A DNA stretch of 64,000 nucleotides from Candidatus Daviesbacteria bacterium (GCA_016176415.1 JACOXH010000003.1:12419-76418), one strand, 5' to 3'; positions 28,535 to 38,786 are shown, numbered from the stretch's first letter. Notes: generated by a model not told the origin, from the letters alone. Translations and numbers: made by a program.

Positions 28535-28560
28535 AGTATTTTTTTTGGTAAAATTAAGCA

Positions 28561-29475
28561 GTGAAAAGATTAATTTTTTTAATCCTGATACTTTTTCTTG
28601 GAGCCTTCTCTTATTTACAGGCACCTTTTTTAAAGGAAAATTATAAAAAACTAATGTATTATTCTCCCTGCGATAAGCCTTTGGGGTACACAATCGGAGA
28701 AGTAGATTCTGAATTTGGTATTTCCTCTGCTGATTTTGCTCAAATTGCAAATGAGACAGCCCGGGAGTGGAATGAAGCTTATGGGAAGCAATTACTAGCT
28801 CCGGATTTTAAAGCAGAACTGGATATTAATTTACTTTATGATGAAAGACAGTCTTCAAAAAGCAAAGTAACCAGCATTAAAGATGAGGTGCAGCAGGATA
28901 AAGCAAAGCTGACTCCGACAATTGGGGAATATGAAAAGAAAAAAGGAGAATTTGAAGCTCGTATAACCTCCTTAAATGAAACAGTCAAACGCTGGAATGA
29001 ACAGGGAGGAGCTCCTGAAGAGGAATATAATAAACTGATTGAAGAGCAAAAAGCCTTAAAGCAGGAGGCTGATCAGTTAAATGGGTTGGCCAGGTCTTTA
29101 AATAAATCAACCTCGCAGTACAATGCCAAAGTAGATACTTTAAGACAGGCAGCTTCTGATTACAACTCAACTATTCAGATCAAACCTGAAGGAGGGATTT
29201 ATAATCCTCAAACTCAAAAAATTGAAGTTTATTATGGAAATGATCAGGATGAGTTGAGACGGATTTTAACTCATGAATTTGGACATGCTTTAGGATTAGG
29301 TCACAGTCAAAGTCCTGATGATATTATGTATTTTGAATTTAGCGGCAGAGACAGCAGTATTTCCAAAGAAGATATTTACTCACTTGAAATAATTTGTCAG
29401 CAAAGAAGCAGGCTATTTTTACTTCAGGAAATTTTACAGGAACGCATACAGGTTCTCCTGCAAACGTTCCTGTAA
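28561..29475 (+). CDS. Secreted matrixin-like zinc metalloprotease with coiled-coil insert
   Basis: Signal peptide; 'HEFGHALGLGHS' (HExxHxxGxxH) followed by Met-turn 'DIMY'. Confidence 0.65.
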   Translation: MKRLIFLILILFLGAFSYLQAPFLKENYKKLMYYSPCDKPLGYTIGEVDSEFGISSADFAQIANETAREWNEAYGKQLLAPDFKAELDINLLYDERQSSKSKVTSIKDEVQQDKAKLTPTIGEYEKKKGEFEARITSLNETVKRWNEQGGAPEEEYNKLIEEQKALKQEADQLNGLARSLNKSTSQYNAKVDTLRQAASDYNSTIQIKPEGGIYNPQTQKIEVYYGNDQDELRRILTHEFGHALGLGHSQSPDDIMYFEFSGRDSSISKEDIYSLEIICQQRSRLFLLQEILQERIQVLLQTFL

Positions 29476-29476
29476 A

Positions 29477-30127
29477 TTAAATTTTTTCCAATTCTGCTGA
29501 AAGTTCACTGTTTCTGACTGCCATAGAAACATCATCTCTGACAAATCTTACAACACCTTCTTTATCAATTAGGACATAGCTGTGTCCGGGGTATTGCCCT
29601 TTATGCATAGATGAAGGGAGCGTTAAAACTCCGTAACTTTTGGAAACTTCTCCTGCGGTATCAAAAAGTACAGTAGCTTTGGCCAGTTCAGGCATTTTGT
29701 TTACAGCATAGTTCCAGTCTTTTTGCGGATCAACAGTAATACTTAATATCACTGCTTTTTTGCTGATTTCACTGTCTTTGCCAAAAGCTGCAATTTGATT
29801 CCAGCAGGATGGATAACACATTAGGCCCTCGTTAAAAAAGAGAATGACACTTTGCCCTTTTAACCCGCTTAAGGTAACCTTTTTTCCGTCATAGTTTTCC
29901 AAAGTAAAATCAGGTGCGCTTTTGTCGACTAGACTATCAAAAACAGCGGAATCGACAGCAGTTCCCCCTCCATGATGACTGTCCATTGAGTCTGCCTGCT
30001 GGCTTGCATTTTTTGTAGCCGAGCCATTGTTGTTAACATTGATTTCTATATTAAAGTTACTGACAATTAAAACGAGCGCTACTATAATACCGGTAGCTAC
30101 AATTGCAATCATTTTGGTTTTACTCAT
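29477..30127 (-). CDS. Thiol-disulfide oxidoreductase, TlpA/ResA-like redoxin
   Basis: N-terminal TM; thioredoxin fold with 'CYPSC'. Confidence 0.6.
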   Translation of the reverse strand: MSKTKMIAIVATGIIVALVLIVSNFNIEINVNNNGSATKNASQQADSMDSHHGGGTAVDSAVFDSLVDKSAPDFTLENYDGKKVTLSGLKGQSVILFFNEGLMCYPSCWNQIAAFGKDSEISKKAVILSITVDPQKDWNYAVNKMPELAKATVLFDTAGEVSKSYGVLTLPSSMHKGQYPGHSYVLIDKEGVVRFVRDDVSMAVRNSELSAELEKI

Positions 30128-30998
30128 TTATTTCACCCCCTTTTTTTAAATTAATAAATTGTTTTACAGCAAAATAAGTAATAGTTAAAGTAATGACACT
30201 GAAAATTGCTGCCCAGCCTATCTCAGGAATAACAGAAGTAAACTGACTGATGGATTTAATTAAGTTTGTCATATAAATATTTAAAGCCACCTGATATTGA
30301 GAATGAGAAGTAAGTTGGCTGGTTCTGGCAAGGTAAATAATAATTATTCCCAAAACCAAAAACATCAGTCCTGAAAATAGGTTGGCTAAAGTTAAAGATA
30401 TTTTTTGTCCCAAAATTGTGTAAGAAATACTTTTCCTGAAGGCAAAAAACTTCTTGGTAAAATCTACCTTGTCCAAAAACGCAGCAATAACAAAAAGAGG
30501 AATCACCATTCCCAATACATAAGCTAAGGTATAAATTCCTCCCAGCAAAACTGAACCAGGAAGAGCAGACAGGGCCAACACTCCTGCCAAAACAGGCGCG
30601 CAGCAGGTGGTAGCTATGGCAGAGAATATCCCTAGCACATAAACAGAGATGAAATCCTGCCTTTTAAGCTGAGGGTGGACACTGAAAGGCAGAGAGAATT
30701 GTTGTCCGGTAAGTAAAGTCATTCCAAGGAGAAGCAGGAATATTCCTCCTATTAAAAAGACAATGTCATGATACTGGCTGAAAATTTGAGTTAAAAATGA
30801 AACTCCAAGTCCAATGGGAAGGAAAATAGTTAGTATCCCCAAAAAGTAAACAAATGTCATCAAAAATACTGTGGATTTTTGTTTAAAAATAGAGGCAAAA
30901 TATGTCGGAAGAAGTACTGTGATACAGCAGGGAGCAAAAAGAGCAGCGATACCTGCAACGAATGAAGCTATAAATGATGCGCTTACTAAAAGATCCAC
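30120..30998 (-). CDS. ccdA: Cytochrome c-type biogenesis / disulfide-reductant transporter CcdA (DsbD TM domain)
   Basis: 6+ TM with TM cysteines 'LFAPCC' and 'TTCCAPVLAG'. Confidence 0.6.
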   Translation of the reverse strand: MDLLVSASFIASFVAGIAALFAPCCITVLLPTYFASIFKQKSTVFLMTFVYFLGILTIFLPIGLGVSFLTQIFSQYHDIVFLIGGIFLLLLGMTLLTGQQFSLPFSVHPQLKRQDFISVYVLGIFSAIATTCCAPVLAGVLALSALPGSVLLGGIYTLAYVLGMVIPLFVIAAFLDKVDFTKKFFAFRKSISYTILGQKISLTLANLFSGLMFLVLGIIIIYLARTSQLTSHSQYQVALNIYMTNLIKSISQFTSVIPEIGWAAIFSVITLTITYFAVKQFINLKKGGEINE

Positions 30999-31423
30999 TT
31001 AAAACTCCTTTCCACCCCTCCGATATTTTTAACTTTTAACTCTACTGATTTTGGTTTTGGGGAGATTGGGTTAAATTTCAAAGTTCCGTTACGGTGCTGG
31101 CCTCCGGGAGGGGCGCCTTCCCATGAGACAGCAGTGTATGATTTACCCTTATCATCAATTAGTTCAGAAACAGTTACCAGGTCCATATCCAATTCTTCAG
31201 AGTGGGTATTTAAACTGATTGCAAAATTCCAGGTGCCGGTAAAAGAGGGGGTAACAGCAATAGAAACCGGTCCTTGTGTATCCTCTTTTGTCTCAAAGCT
31301 TGTGGTTTGCGCTGTAGGAGCTGCCTCGTTTTTTGAGTTAATTTTAATGGAGAAGTTGTCTTTTAGGACAAAAGCCAAAACCGCAACTAAGGCAATAATG
31401 TAAACTGGCCAGATCTTTTTCAT
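30986..31423 (-). CDS. Hypothetical secreted protein
   Basis: Signal/TM then soluble domain; no family. Confidence 0.35.
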   Translation of the reverse strand: MKKIWPVYIIALVAVLAFVLKDNFSIKINSKNEAAPTAQTTSFETKEDTQGPVSIAVTPSFTGTWNFAISLNTHSEELDMDLVTVSELIDDKGKSYTAVSWEGAPPGGQHRNGTLKFNPISPKPKSVELKVKNIGGVERSFKWIF

Positions 31424-31848
31424 GATTGTTTAGAAAATTTTAGCACCTTGTTTCCCAAATATAAAATCCCCAAAAAATTAAACAATAAACCAAGCCAGAA
31501 AAATTTAACCTGATATTGACTGATAAAAGTTATTATTCCTGCAACTCCCAGTAGGGGAAGAATATTAGTCAGGTAATGGGCACAGCAGGAAATCATAGCA
31601 GCAGTGGAAGTGGTACCTGTGGCTGTCAAAACATGTCCGGTTTGAGCCCTTTCTTTGATGAGGTTTTTAAGGTGTGTATAAAGGCCAAACTGTATTGCAA
31701 AACCTAAAGCCAAGCCTGTTATGTAATACCAGAATTTTGAAAACTCCTCCAGGGCAAATGTCCACCCTGAAATAAGAGTCAAAAGGGAAAAATAAACGGT
31801 TAAGAGAGCAATAAAAGCTAAAAATCCTTTTAAAATTGGTTTGCCCAT
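31420..31848 (-). CDS. Small 4-TM membrane protein with vicinal-Cys motif (possible MerT/MerF-like metal transporter)
   Basis: 'AAMISCCAHYL' in TM3; context with merA. Low-confidence family. Confidence 0.3.
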   Translation of the reverse strand: MGKPILKGFLAFIALLTVYFSLLTLISGWTFALEEFSKFWYYITGLALGFAIQFGLYTHLKNLIKERAQTGHVLTATGTTSTAAMISCCAHYLTNILPLLGVAGIITFISQYQVKFFWLGLLFNFLGILYLGNKVLKFSKQS

Positions 31849-31887
31849 ATAATCAGTTTAGCATAAGTAATACTACAATGTGTAGTA

Positions 31888-33003
31888 TTACTTTCTGTTA
31901 AAAAATGCCGCAATCGCTGTAGTAATTGGTACTGCTGCAACCAGCCCTAAACTGCCTACAACAGTTCTTACAATTTCCGTTGCTATCATTTCCCGATTAA
32001 GCAGCACGTTAATAGGTTCTCCGCCGTTTAGAGTAAATAAAAGCAGGAGCGGCAAAGATGCTCCGGCATAAGCCAACACTAAAGTATTTACCAGTGAAGC
32101 AATATGCTCTCTTCCTATCCTTAAACCTCTTATGTACAACTCTTTCCATGAAAGATTCTTATTGGCATTCTTCAGTTCAAAAACACAGGCTGACTGACTG
32201 ATGGTAATATCGTCAAGCACCCCCAAAGAACCGATAATGATGCCTCCCAAAAGTATGCCTTGTAAATTTACCTGCATGCCGGGGAACATACTTAAAAAGC
32301 TGGCCTCTTCAGAACCAAAGCCTGAAAGTTTGCTGGCGCTGACAAAAAGAGAAGCCAAAAATGCTGTCAGTATTAAACTGAAAAAAGTGCCTAAAACTGC
32401 AGCTGTGGTTTTTTTACTGAAACCATGAGCAAGATATAAAGAGGCAATGAGAATCATTAAAGAGCCTGAAACGGCAATAAAAACAGGATCTCCTCCTGAA
32501 GCTATTTTTGGAATTATGTATTTAATTAAAACAATTAAGGAAATAACTAAACCTATAAACGAGCTTAGACCCCTTAATCCTCCAATTGCCACTACAGAGA
32601 CAAGAAAGGCAATCATCAGTAGATAGAGAGAGTCTGTCCTGATAAAATCTGCCACATAAAACTGCTCGCTGCCATCAATGTTTCTGATATGAGCTACTGA
32701 TATTTTGTCACCAACTTTAACTCTTTGATTGTCATTAGTTAAAACAAGGCCGCCCATTTGAGCTTCTACTTTTTGTCCTTTAAGCGGGCCTTCGGAGATT
32801 GCAGCTTCTACTTTTTGAAACGGTTGTTTAACTCCCGGTCCCACTTCATTTTCCCCTTCTTCCAAAATTGCAGTCACTTGCGCTTCGTGTCTTTCTTCAG
32901 GCGGAGGAGTTTCGGCCGGCATTTGGGCAAAAACAGTCTTAAAAGAAATAAAAAGTATAAATAGTGATCCGCCTAAAAAAATAATTTTTTTCATTGCAGA
33001 CAA
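31888..33003 (-). CDS. YibE/F-family-like membrane protein
   Basis: Signal peptide, periplasmic region, then about 6 TM; weak family resemblance. Confidence 0.4.
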   Translation of the reverse strand: MSAMKKIIFLGGSLFILFISFKTVFAQMPAETPPPEERHEAQVTAILEEGENEVGPGVKQPFQKVEAAISEGPLKGQKVEAQMGGLVLTNDNQRVKVGDKISVAHIRNIDGSEQFYVADFIRTDSLYLLMIAFLVSVVAIGGLRGLSSFIGLVISLIVLIKYIIPKIASGGDPVFIAVSGSLMILIASLYLAHGFSKKTTAAVLGTFFSLILTAFLASLFVSASKLSGFGSEEASFLSMFPGMQVNLQGILLGGIIIGSLGVLDDITISQSACVFELKNANKNLSWKELYIRGLRIGREHIASLVNTLVLAYAGASLPLLLLFTLNGGEPINVLLNREMIATEIVRTVVGSLGLVAAVPITTAIAAFFNRK

Positions 33004-33006
33004 AAA

Positions 33007-33561
33007 TTAAAGGGGAGCTTTTTCAGGACCTCTGTTTTCATTTGTTTCCATAAATGTTTTAATCTTATCTTCCTCTATGGTTTGAAGTTTTAAAAGTCTG
33101 CCCCATGAAGTTAAAACAATGGGCGCATCATCGAGGCTTTCCCGGGGAACCATGATTTTTTTGCTGACCGGTACAGAAGAAAAGATTCCTTTTAGTTTGT
33201 TAATTTCTTCTTTTGACAAACCCAATGTGCCTGATTGCGTTGACTCTCTGTACCAAAGAATAACTGCTCCGTGTTCCATGCTGTGAATTAAATTGCCGTC
33301 AGGTATGGCTTTTTCATAAATTCCAGCATCTGCAGACTGGGCATAATGAGGACCTGAAGTTGGAGGATTGGTATTATATGTGGCAGTTTCGTTACTGGGG
33401 ATATGTTGTGCTCCTTCATCAGGAATAACTTCCCCTAATTTAGGCTGAGTTAATTTTGCTTCCTCTTTTTGGGTCTGGCTGGTTAAAAACCAGACAGCTC
33501 CTCCCAAAATAAGGATGGTTACTACTATTACAGCAATGATAGTTTTTGAACCTGTGGTCAT
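33007..33561 (-). CDS. Membrane-anchored protein, DUF3105-like (GPH...SMEHG)
   Basis: 'TSGPHY...HSMEHGAVILWY' resembles DUF3105 metal-binding motifs. Confidence 0.35.
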   Translation of the reverse strand: MTTGSKTIIAVIVVTILILGGAVWFLTSQTQKEEAKLTQPKLGEVIPDEGAQHIPSNETATYNTNPPTSGPHYAQSADAGIYEKAIPDGNLIHSMEHGAVILWYRESTQSGTLGLSKEEINKLKGIFSSVPVSKKIMVPRESLDDAPIVLTSWGRLLKLQTIEEDKIKTFMETNENRGPEKAPL

Positions 33562-33775
33562 TTTTTGGTAACTACAATATTAACATTAAAAATTTTGAAA
33601 ATGTTGCTGAAGTAATCCGCCTTCCAAAGCAGGAACTGGTTTGTTAAAAATCCGGCAATAATTAAACCTATTAGAATTTTTTTAACAGGAACTTTGGGAA
33701 TGACTATTTTTAAATCCTCTTTTTCAGGTTGAAGCTTGTTAAGTTCCTCTTCAGATATAGAGCTAAATTTAATTT

Positions 33776-35020
33776 TCATCTTTTAAGTCCGTGCATACCG
33801 TCAGGTCCTGCTCCTCCGTGAGATTCGTGCGGCAGGGCGCTTTCATTGCCCGTTGCCAAAAGGTAATCTGAAAGCATACCTTTGGGATACCACAGCGCAT
33901 ACCAGCGGTGAGATTCTCCCACCATCTGTTCGTCTGTGTATTTATCACCATAATTTTGGATCATAAAACGGTAAAAACCTCTGACTGCTTTGGCATGGGC
34001 GCAGCCACAGTTTTTATTCATAGTCACTCTGTCAGCGCTGCCGCAACAATAGCTGCAGGTCATCATGGTAGAAATTAATTTTTGATATCTTGTTTCCTGA
34101 TCGCCGCTTAATTTTATAGAAGCTTCGTACGCTCCCCATTTGTTTTGAGCATTAATTGGGTCATCAAAGGAAACATCATCAGGAGCATAAAATGGTTTGC
34201 CTGTGGCAATCATTACTACCTTTGCATCAGTTAAAGCATTTGCGCTATTGGGGTTGGCTGGCACTTCAGTGATTGTGGGCCACTCATAAAGCACAGTTGT
34301 CCTCCCGTCAGGATTTACCTTTGGAGCAATAATAGTGAAAGACGATTTAGTTTGAATTCCCAAAAGACTGGCAACAATGCCTTTATGAGAAGTCATACCC
34401 ATATGGGCTGCAATTTGGGCCATTAAGATTTGATTTCCTAAAAATAATCCTGCAAGTAAGAAAACGAGAATATTTTTAACAGGAACAATAATGGTATGAG
34501 GTCCTTTTTGTTTTGCCACTTTGTGAGTTATATCGTTGCATTCTTTACAATGAAGGGCAGATTTTACCCTCGACAGACTGTAAAAAAGGGAACCTCCTAA
34601 AAGAACAAGACTTAAAATTTTAAGTTCCAGACCTTGTAGCGGGAATACAGATAATCCTCCGGCCACACCGATTGCAGAGAGTAAAAATGCTCCGCATACA
34701 GGGCAGCCCATACTGAAAGCAGATGCTACCAACCCCCCTAAATTAGCTGTCATGTTTTTAGTCTGACTTAAAACCGAGTGGTTAAAAAGCCAGACAACAG
34801 CAGAAACGCTGATTCCGGACAAAAAGATAATTATGATTGTGGCAGCAAAATAAATTATGCTGTATAAAAGAGTAGAATTTTCCAAAAATCTTTGGATACT
34901 GGTAGTCTGATAAAAAAGCCAGTATGAAATCAATGAAAAAACAACAGTGGTAAAAAGGGCAACATATTTGTAAAAAGGTTTTCGCAGTATTATTTTCAGT
35001 GCTGCAAACAGTTGCTTCAT
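33776..35020 (-). CDS. Multi-TM protein with TM CxxC ('GCPVCGAF') and Cys-rich C-terminal domain ('CSYCCGS...CGCAHAK')
   Basis: Seen in translation; family unknown. Confidence 0.4.
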   Translation of the reverse strand: MKQLFAALKIILRKPFYKYVALFTTVVFSLISYWLFYQTTSIQRFLENSTLLYSIIYFAATIIIIFLSGISVSAVVWLFNHSVLSQTKNMTANLGGLVASAFSMGCPVCGAFLLSAIGVAGGLSVFPLQGLELKILSLVLLGGSLFYSLSRVKSALHCKECNDITHKVAKQKGPHTIIVPVKNILVFLLAGLFLGNQILMAQIAAHMGMTSHKGIVASLLGIQTKSSFTIIAPKVNPDGRTTVLYEWPTITEVPANPNSANALTDAKVVMIATGKPFYAPDDVSFDDPINAQNKWGAYEASIKLSGDQETRYQKLISTMMTCSYCCGSADRVTMNKNCGCAHAKAVRGFYRFMIQNYGDKYTDEQMVGESHRWYALWYPKGMLSDYLLATGNESALPHESHGGAGPDGMHGLKR

Positions 35021-36150
35021 TTATTTTCTCCCTGTGGTGTTGGCGCTGCCTGACCTGTTATTTGATTGGTTACAAGATCCTTATATATCACTCCCTGAAG
35101 TTGCTGCATTTCCCTGAAAACATACCAGCCGTCGGCTTCCACAGTCCCTACGTTTTTCCAGACATTCTTTAAATTAGCATACTGATCTGCATCAGCGGAT
35201 AGTAATACAGTAGGAACTTTGGTTATATTATATCTGCTAATTAAGTTTTGTCCCTCAAAAGAGGAAATATCAACAGCCCGTTCATAATTTAATGCTATCC
35301 CATAACCTTGAGTTAAAATTGGTTTTTGCACCTGATCTGCTTTATAACAGGCAGGACAAGTTGAGTCTACAAGATATGTTAAATTAACAAGTCCCATTAT
35401 TTGATTTTTTTCTAAATCCCTGTAAGGTAAAAACAAATTCCTTGCTATATATGTTTTATCCTCTTCAATAGTGCCAATATTTGTCCAACTGGATTTAACG
35501 TTGTCATACAAATCTATATCAGAAGAAAAGAGGAAGGTTGGGATTTTGGTGATTTTATACTGATTAATAAGTTTAGTTCCTTCATAAGAATTATAACTGG
35601 CTTCTCTTTGATCAACTATTTTTATCCCTGCTTTTTTAAAATTCTCTATAGTTAGTTTAGGATCGATACATTTAGGGCAGGAAGGATCAGTTAAAATGGT
35701 GGCTACAACTTTGCCTTTTTCCTCGCGGCTATCAGCATCAACAAAAACAGGAAGGACTTTTTTAAAGACAAAAGTATCTGCTTTGATCTCTCCGTTATTT
35801 TTTACATAGCTTTCTAAATTACTTTTTGTAACCTCTCCTGTTACAAAGTAGGTAGGCACTTTTGTAATTCCCAATTGTTTTATAGAGGAGGCAGCTTCTT
35901 CCGAATCAAAGTTTAAGGTTTTTTCTTCCTCAACTTTAACATTTTGTTTTTTGAAATCACTGACAGCTTTTTCAACATCAAAACAATCAAGACAGGAATC
36001 GGTGGTGATTTTTACGATTTTTACATTGGCAGGGCGGGCTTCCTCTTTTGCGTCAGCAATATTTTTTTCAACCAAAGAAAGCGTTTTTGTTGAAAAAAAA
36101 GCGCCAGCTAAAGCCGCAACGAATGCAACAACCAAAAAGATTTTATTCAT
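35017..36150 (-). CDS. Secreted protein with three tandem thioredoxin-fold domains, each with a CxxC (CLDC, CPKC, CPAC) and a cis-Pro 'V/IPT' loop
   Basis: Three internal repeats '...C..C...K(V/I)PT(Y/F/V)...'. Confidence 0.5.
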   Translation of the reverse strand: MNKIFLVVAFVAALAGAFFSTKTLSLVEKNIADAKEEARPANVKIVKITTDSCLDCFDVEKAVSDFKKQNVKVEEEKTLNFDSEEAASSIKQLGITKVPTYFVTGEVTKSNLESYVKNNGEIKADTFVFKKVLPVFVDADSREEKGKVVATILTDPSCPKCIDPKLTIENFKKAGIKIVDQREASYNSYEGTKLINQYKITKIPTFLFSSDIDLYDNVKSSWTNIGTIEEDKTYIARNLFLPYRDLEKNQIMGLVNLTYLVDSTCPACYKADQVQKPILTQGYGIALNYERAVDISSFEGQNLISRYNITKVPTVLLSADADQYANLKNVWKNVGTVEADGWYVFREMQQLQGVIYKDLVTNQITGQAAPTPQGENK

Positions 36151-36157
36151 AGTTTAA

Positions 36158-36394
36158 TTAACAACCTCCTACCATTGATTCAGGTACATCGCTGTTGCCT
36201 CCCGTACCGGTTGTACCGGTATTAGAATTTGAAGCAGGCGCTGTTATAGCTTTAGTAGTAGCAGTTTTGGAATTTATCCTTACCAACTGGATGGTTTGAA
36301 AAACAGTGATTAGGGCAATAAGAGCTAAAACTATTGTCTGCAAATTAAGTTTTGGTACACGCAGTACGTAACTATTGTTATTCGTAAAAAACAC
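36158..36394 (-). CDS. Small TM protein
   Basis: 78 aa with one TM. Confidence 0.25.
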   Translation of the reverse strand: MFFTNNNSYVLRVPKLNLQTIVLALIALITVFQTIQLVRINSKTATTKAITAPASNSNTGTTGTGGNSDVPESMVGGC

Positions 36395-36412
36395 CCCCTT
36401 TCGTAATACTAC

Positions 36413-37375
36413 CTAGTGTAGTAGAAAATTTGAGCATTTGTCAACCGGAATATAATTTAGTTCCTTCTGTTTTGAAGGGTGGCATTGTTTTTGACAGGAT
36501 TGATTTTCTATGCATGCTGTTTGCAAATCTTGTTTTTGCATATGATCAGCCTTTGCCGGAGCATTTAGCATAACAAAGCTGACAATAATAAAAATAGAAG
36601 TAGTTGCTACACTAAAGAAGGAAAATCTTTTTTTAAGTTTTAAGTTGGGGTTAACCAAACGGTGAATTCTTATTTCAAAATAATCGGGATTTGAAGCATT
36701 GGAAACAAGCCCTAAGTTTTCAGAAGGTTTGCTCAAAACTTTTTTTAAAGCTTTTCTTAAATACCCTGATTTTTTCTGATATTTAATTGTCCACTGATCA
36801 GCCAAAAATTCTGCAGAGCTTTCTGCGTTTTTATGAAGTTCCTTAAAAATCGGCAGAAAGAAAAACATAGATGAAAGAGTTTTACCAATAAATACTTTTA
36901 ATGGATCTCTGTTTAAAAGATGAGATTGCTCATGAAGCAAAACAGCCTCAAGTTCTTTTTTAGTTAATGACTTTATCAGGGATGTGCTTATTACGATAAA
37001 AGGAAAGACAAATCCTGCGCAAAAGGAAAAAAGATTTTTGTCTTTAATTACCACTACTTTATTATTAATGCCTACATTTTGGAAAATTTTTTTCAAATCA
37101 GATGAGGGTGGCATTTTTTTTGAAAGCAGATTATTTAAAAACAGCTGTGTTTTAATTATTTGAATTAAAGCAGACAGCAGGCCTATCCCTAAAAGTGTAC
37201 CTGCGCCTAAAAGAAAAATGGTAGGGAAGGGAGAGGAGAAAAGCGCCGGTCCCATACAAGATAAGTTTTTTTCATCAAAGAGCGCAAAAGTTTTTTTGGG
37301 AATAAGGGTTAAAATAAAAGTTACAACAAGAGCGGAAATTACCAAAATTAAAAAGAATGTATTTACTTTTTTCAT
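36413..37375 (-). CDS. BlaR1/MecR1-like M56 peptidase sensor (antirepressor)
   Basis: 4-TM N-terminus, 'LLHEQSHLLNRD' HExxH, partnered with a BlaI/CopY-family repressor. Confidence 0.65.
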   Translation of the reverse strand: MKKVNTFFLILVISALVVTFILTLIPKKTFALFDEKNLSCMGPALFSSPFPTIFLLGAGTLLGIGLLSALIQIIKTQLFLNNLLSKKMPPSSDLKKIFQNVGINNKVVVIKDKNLFSFCAGFVFPFIVISTSLIKSLTKKELEAVLLHEQSHLLNRDPLKVFIGKTLSSMFFFLPIFKELHKNAESSAEFLADQWTIKYQKKSGYLRKALKKVLSKPSENLGLVSNASNPDYFEIRIHRLVNPNLKLKKRFSFFSVATTSIFIIVSFVMLNAPAKADHMQKQDLQTACIENQSCQKQCHPSKQKELNYIPVDKCSNFLLH

Positions 37376-37758
37376 TTATTGTCCAAAATCTTTAAAAGAT
37401 CCTGTCTTTTTTGCGGACTGACTTTTTGTATTTCTTTAACAAAATGAGTTAAAACTTCATCTCCCAAAGCAGAGATTGAAGAAGAGAAAATATTGTGGAC
37501 TGTTTTTGCAATAAATTTATCCTTGGAAACTTTGGGTTTATATAAGTAACTTGACCCGTTTAAACGTCTTATTAAAATACCTTTGCTAACAAGTCTTGCC
37601 ATTACAGTCATGACGGTAGTATAGGCAATTTTTCTCCTTATTTTTAAAATATCTGCAACTGTTTTTACTGAAACTGTTTCTTTATGGCCCCAGATGATGT
37701 CCATAATTTCAGATTCCAGTTCCCCCATCACCTTACCGTTTACCAATTTTTTATTCAT
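37372..37758 (-). CDS. BlaI/MecI/CopY-family transcriptional repressor
   Basis: Winged-helix 'ELESEIMDIIW...VSVKTVADIL...AYTTVMTVMARLVSKG'. Confidence 0.75.
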   Translation of the reverse strand: MNKKLVNGKVMGELESEIMDIIWGHKETVSVKTVADILKIRRKIAYTTVMTVMARLVSKGILIRRLNGSSYLYKPKVSKDKFIAKTVHNIFSSSISALGDEVLTHFVKEIQKVSPQKRQDLLKILDNK

Positions 37759-37788
37759 TACTATCTATTGTAGTACAAAAGGATTATT

Positions 37789-38784
37789 TTATACATAACC
37801 AATCGTTAAGATGTTGTCACCGAATTTTTTAAAGGATAAATTTTTTAAATAAATTGCTTTGCTGATGCTTTCCGCTCCATTTCCCTCAATGCTCACAGCA
37901 GTTTTACCTCCCAGAAGAATTGGGGCGTGAAAAGCGTATACCTCATCGATTATTTGGCAGTCAACAAATTTTCCTAAAGTTTTACCTCCGCCTTCAACCA
38001 GGATACTGATAATTCCTTTTTGTTTAAGCATTGATAACAGATCAGGGATGTTGTCGGTTGATGTAATAAGGATATTGGGGTCCCGTAAGATTTGAGAATG
38101 TTTTGGAATTTGCGTTTTAGAACCTAAGACCACCCGCAGGGGGTCTTTTTTTCCTTTTATGCGTGCTCCCAAATGCGGATTATCTTTGAGGATAGTATTT
38201 ATTCCTACTACTACTGCCTGATATTTGCTTCGTAAACCCCTTGCGTAAATTCTCGCCTTTTCATTAGTAATCCACTTTGAATTACCTGTGGAAGTAGCCA
38301 GTTTTCCGTCTAAAGAAGCTGCAAATTTTAAGGCAACAAACGGGCGTTTTTTTTCATGGAAAGTAAAAAATGTCCTGTTTAACAACCGGGCCTCATTTTC
38401 CAATATTCCAACGGAAGTTTCTATGCAGGCTTTTTTTAATGTTGCCAAACCCTTTCCGTTTACTTTTGGATTTGGATCTTTGGTTGCGCAAACGACCCTT
38501 TTTACCCCTGATGTAATAATTGCATCCGTGCAAGGCGGGGTTTTGCCGTAGTGAGAGCAGGGTTCAAGATTAACATAGAGCGTTGCTCCTCTTGGACTCC
38601 TCTTTACAGAATTTAATGCTTCAATTTCTGCGTGCGGAAGACCTGCCCTGCGGTGATACCCCTGCCCGATTATCTGGCCGTCTTTAACTATTACTGCTCC
38701 AACCATTGGGTTGGGGTTTGTCCAGCTTAAGCCTTTTTTAGCAAGTCTTAAGGTTTCTTTAAGGTATTTAATATCTTCGTCCAT
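37789..38784 (-). CDS. ribD: Bifunctional riboflavin biosynthesis deaminase/reductase RibD
   Basis: CMP/dCMP deaminase zinc motif 'HAEIEAL...EPCSHYGKTPPC' plus C-terminal reductase domain. Confidence 0.85.
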   Translation of the reverse strand: MDEDIKYLKETLRLAKKGLSWTNPNPMVGAVIVKDGQIIGQGYHRRAGLPHAEIEALNSVKRSPRGATLYVNLEPCSHYGKTPPCTDAIITSGVKRVVCATKDPNPKVNGKGLATLKKACIETSVGILENEARLLNRTFFTFHEKKRPFVALKFAASLDGKLATSTGNSKWITNEKARIYARGLRSKYQAVVVGINTILKDNPHLGARIKGKKDPLRVVLGSKTQIPKHSQILRDPNILITSTDNIPDLLSMLKQKGIISILVEGGGKTLGKFVDCQIIDEVYAFHAPILLGGKTAVSIEGNGAESISKAIYLKNLSFKKFGDNILTIGYV

Positions 38785-38786
38785 AG

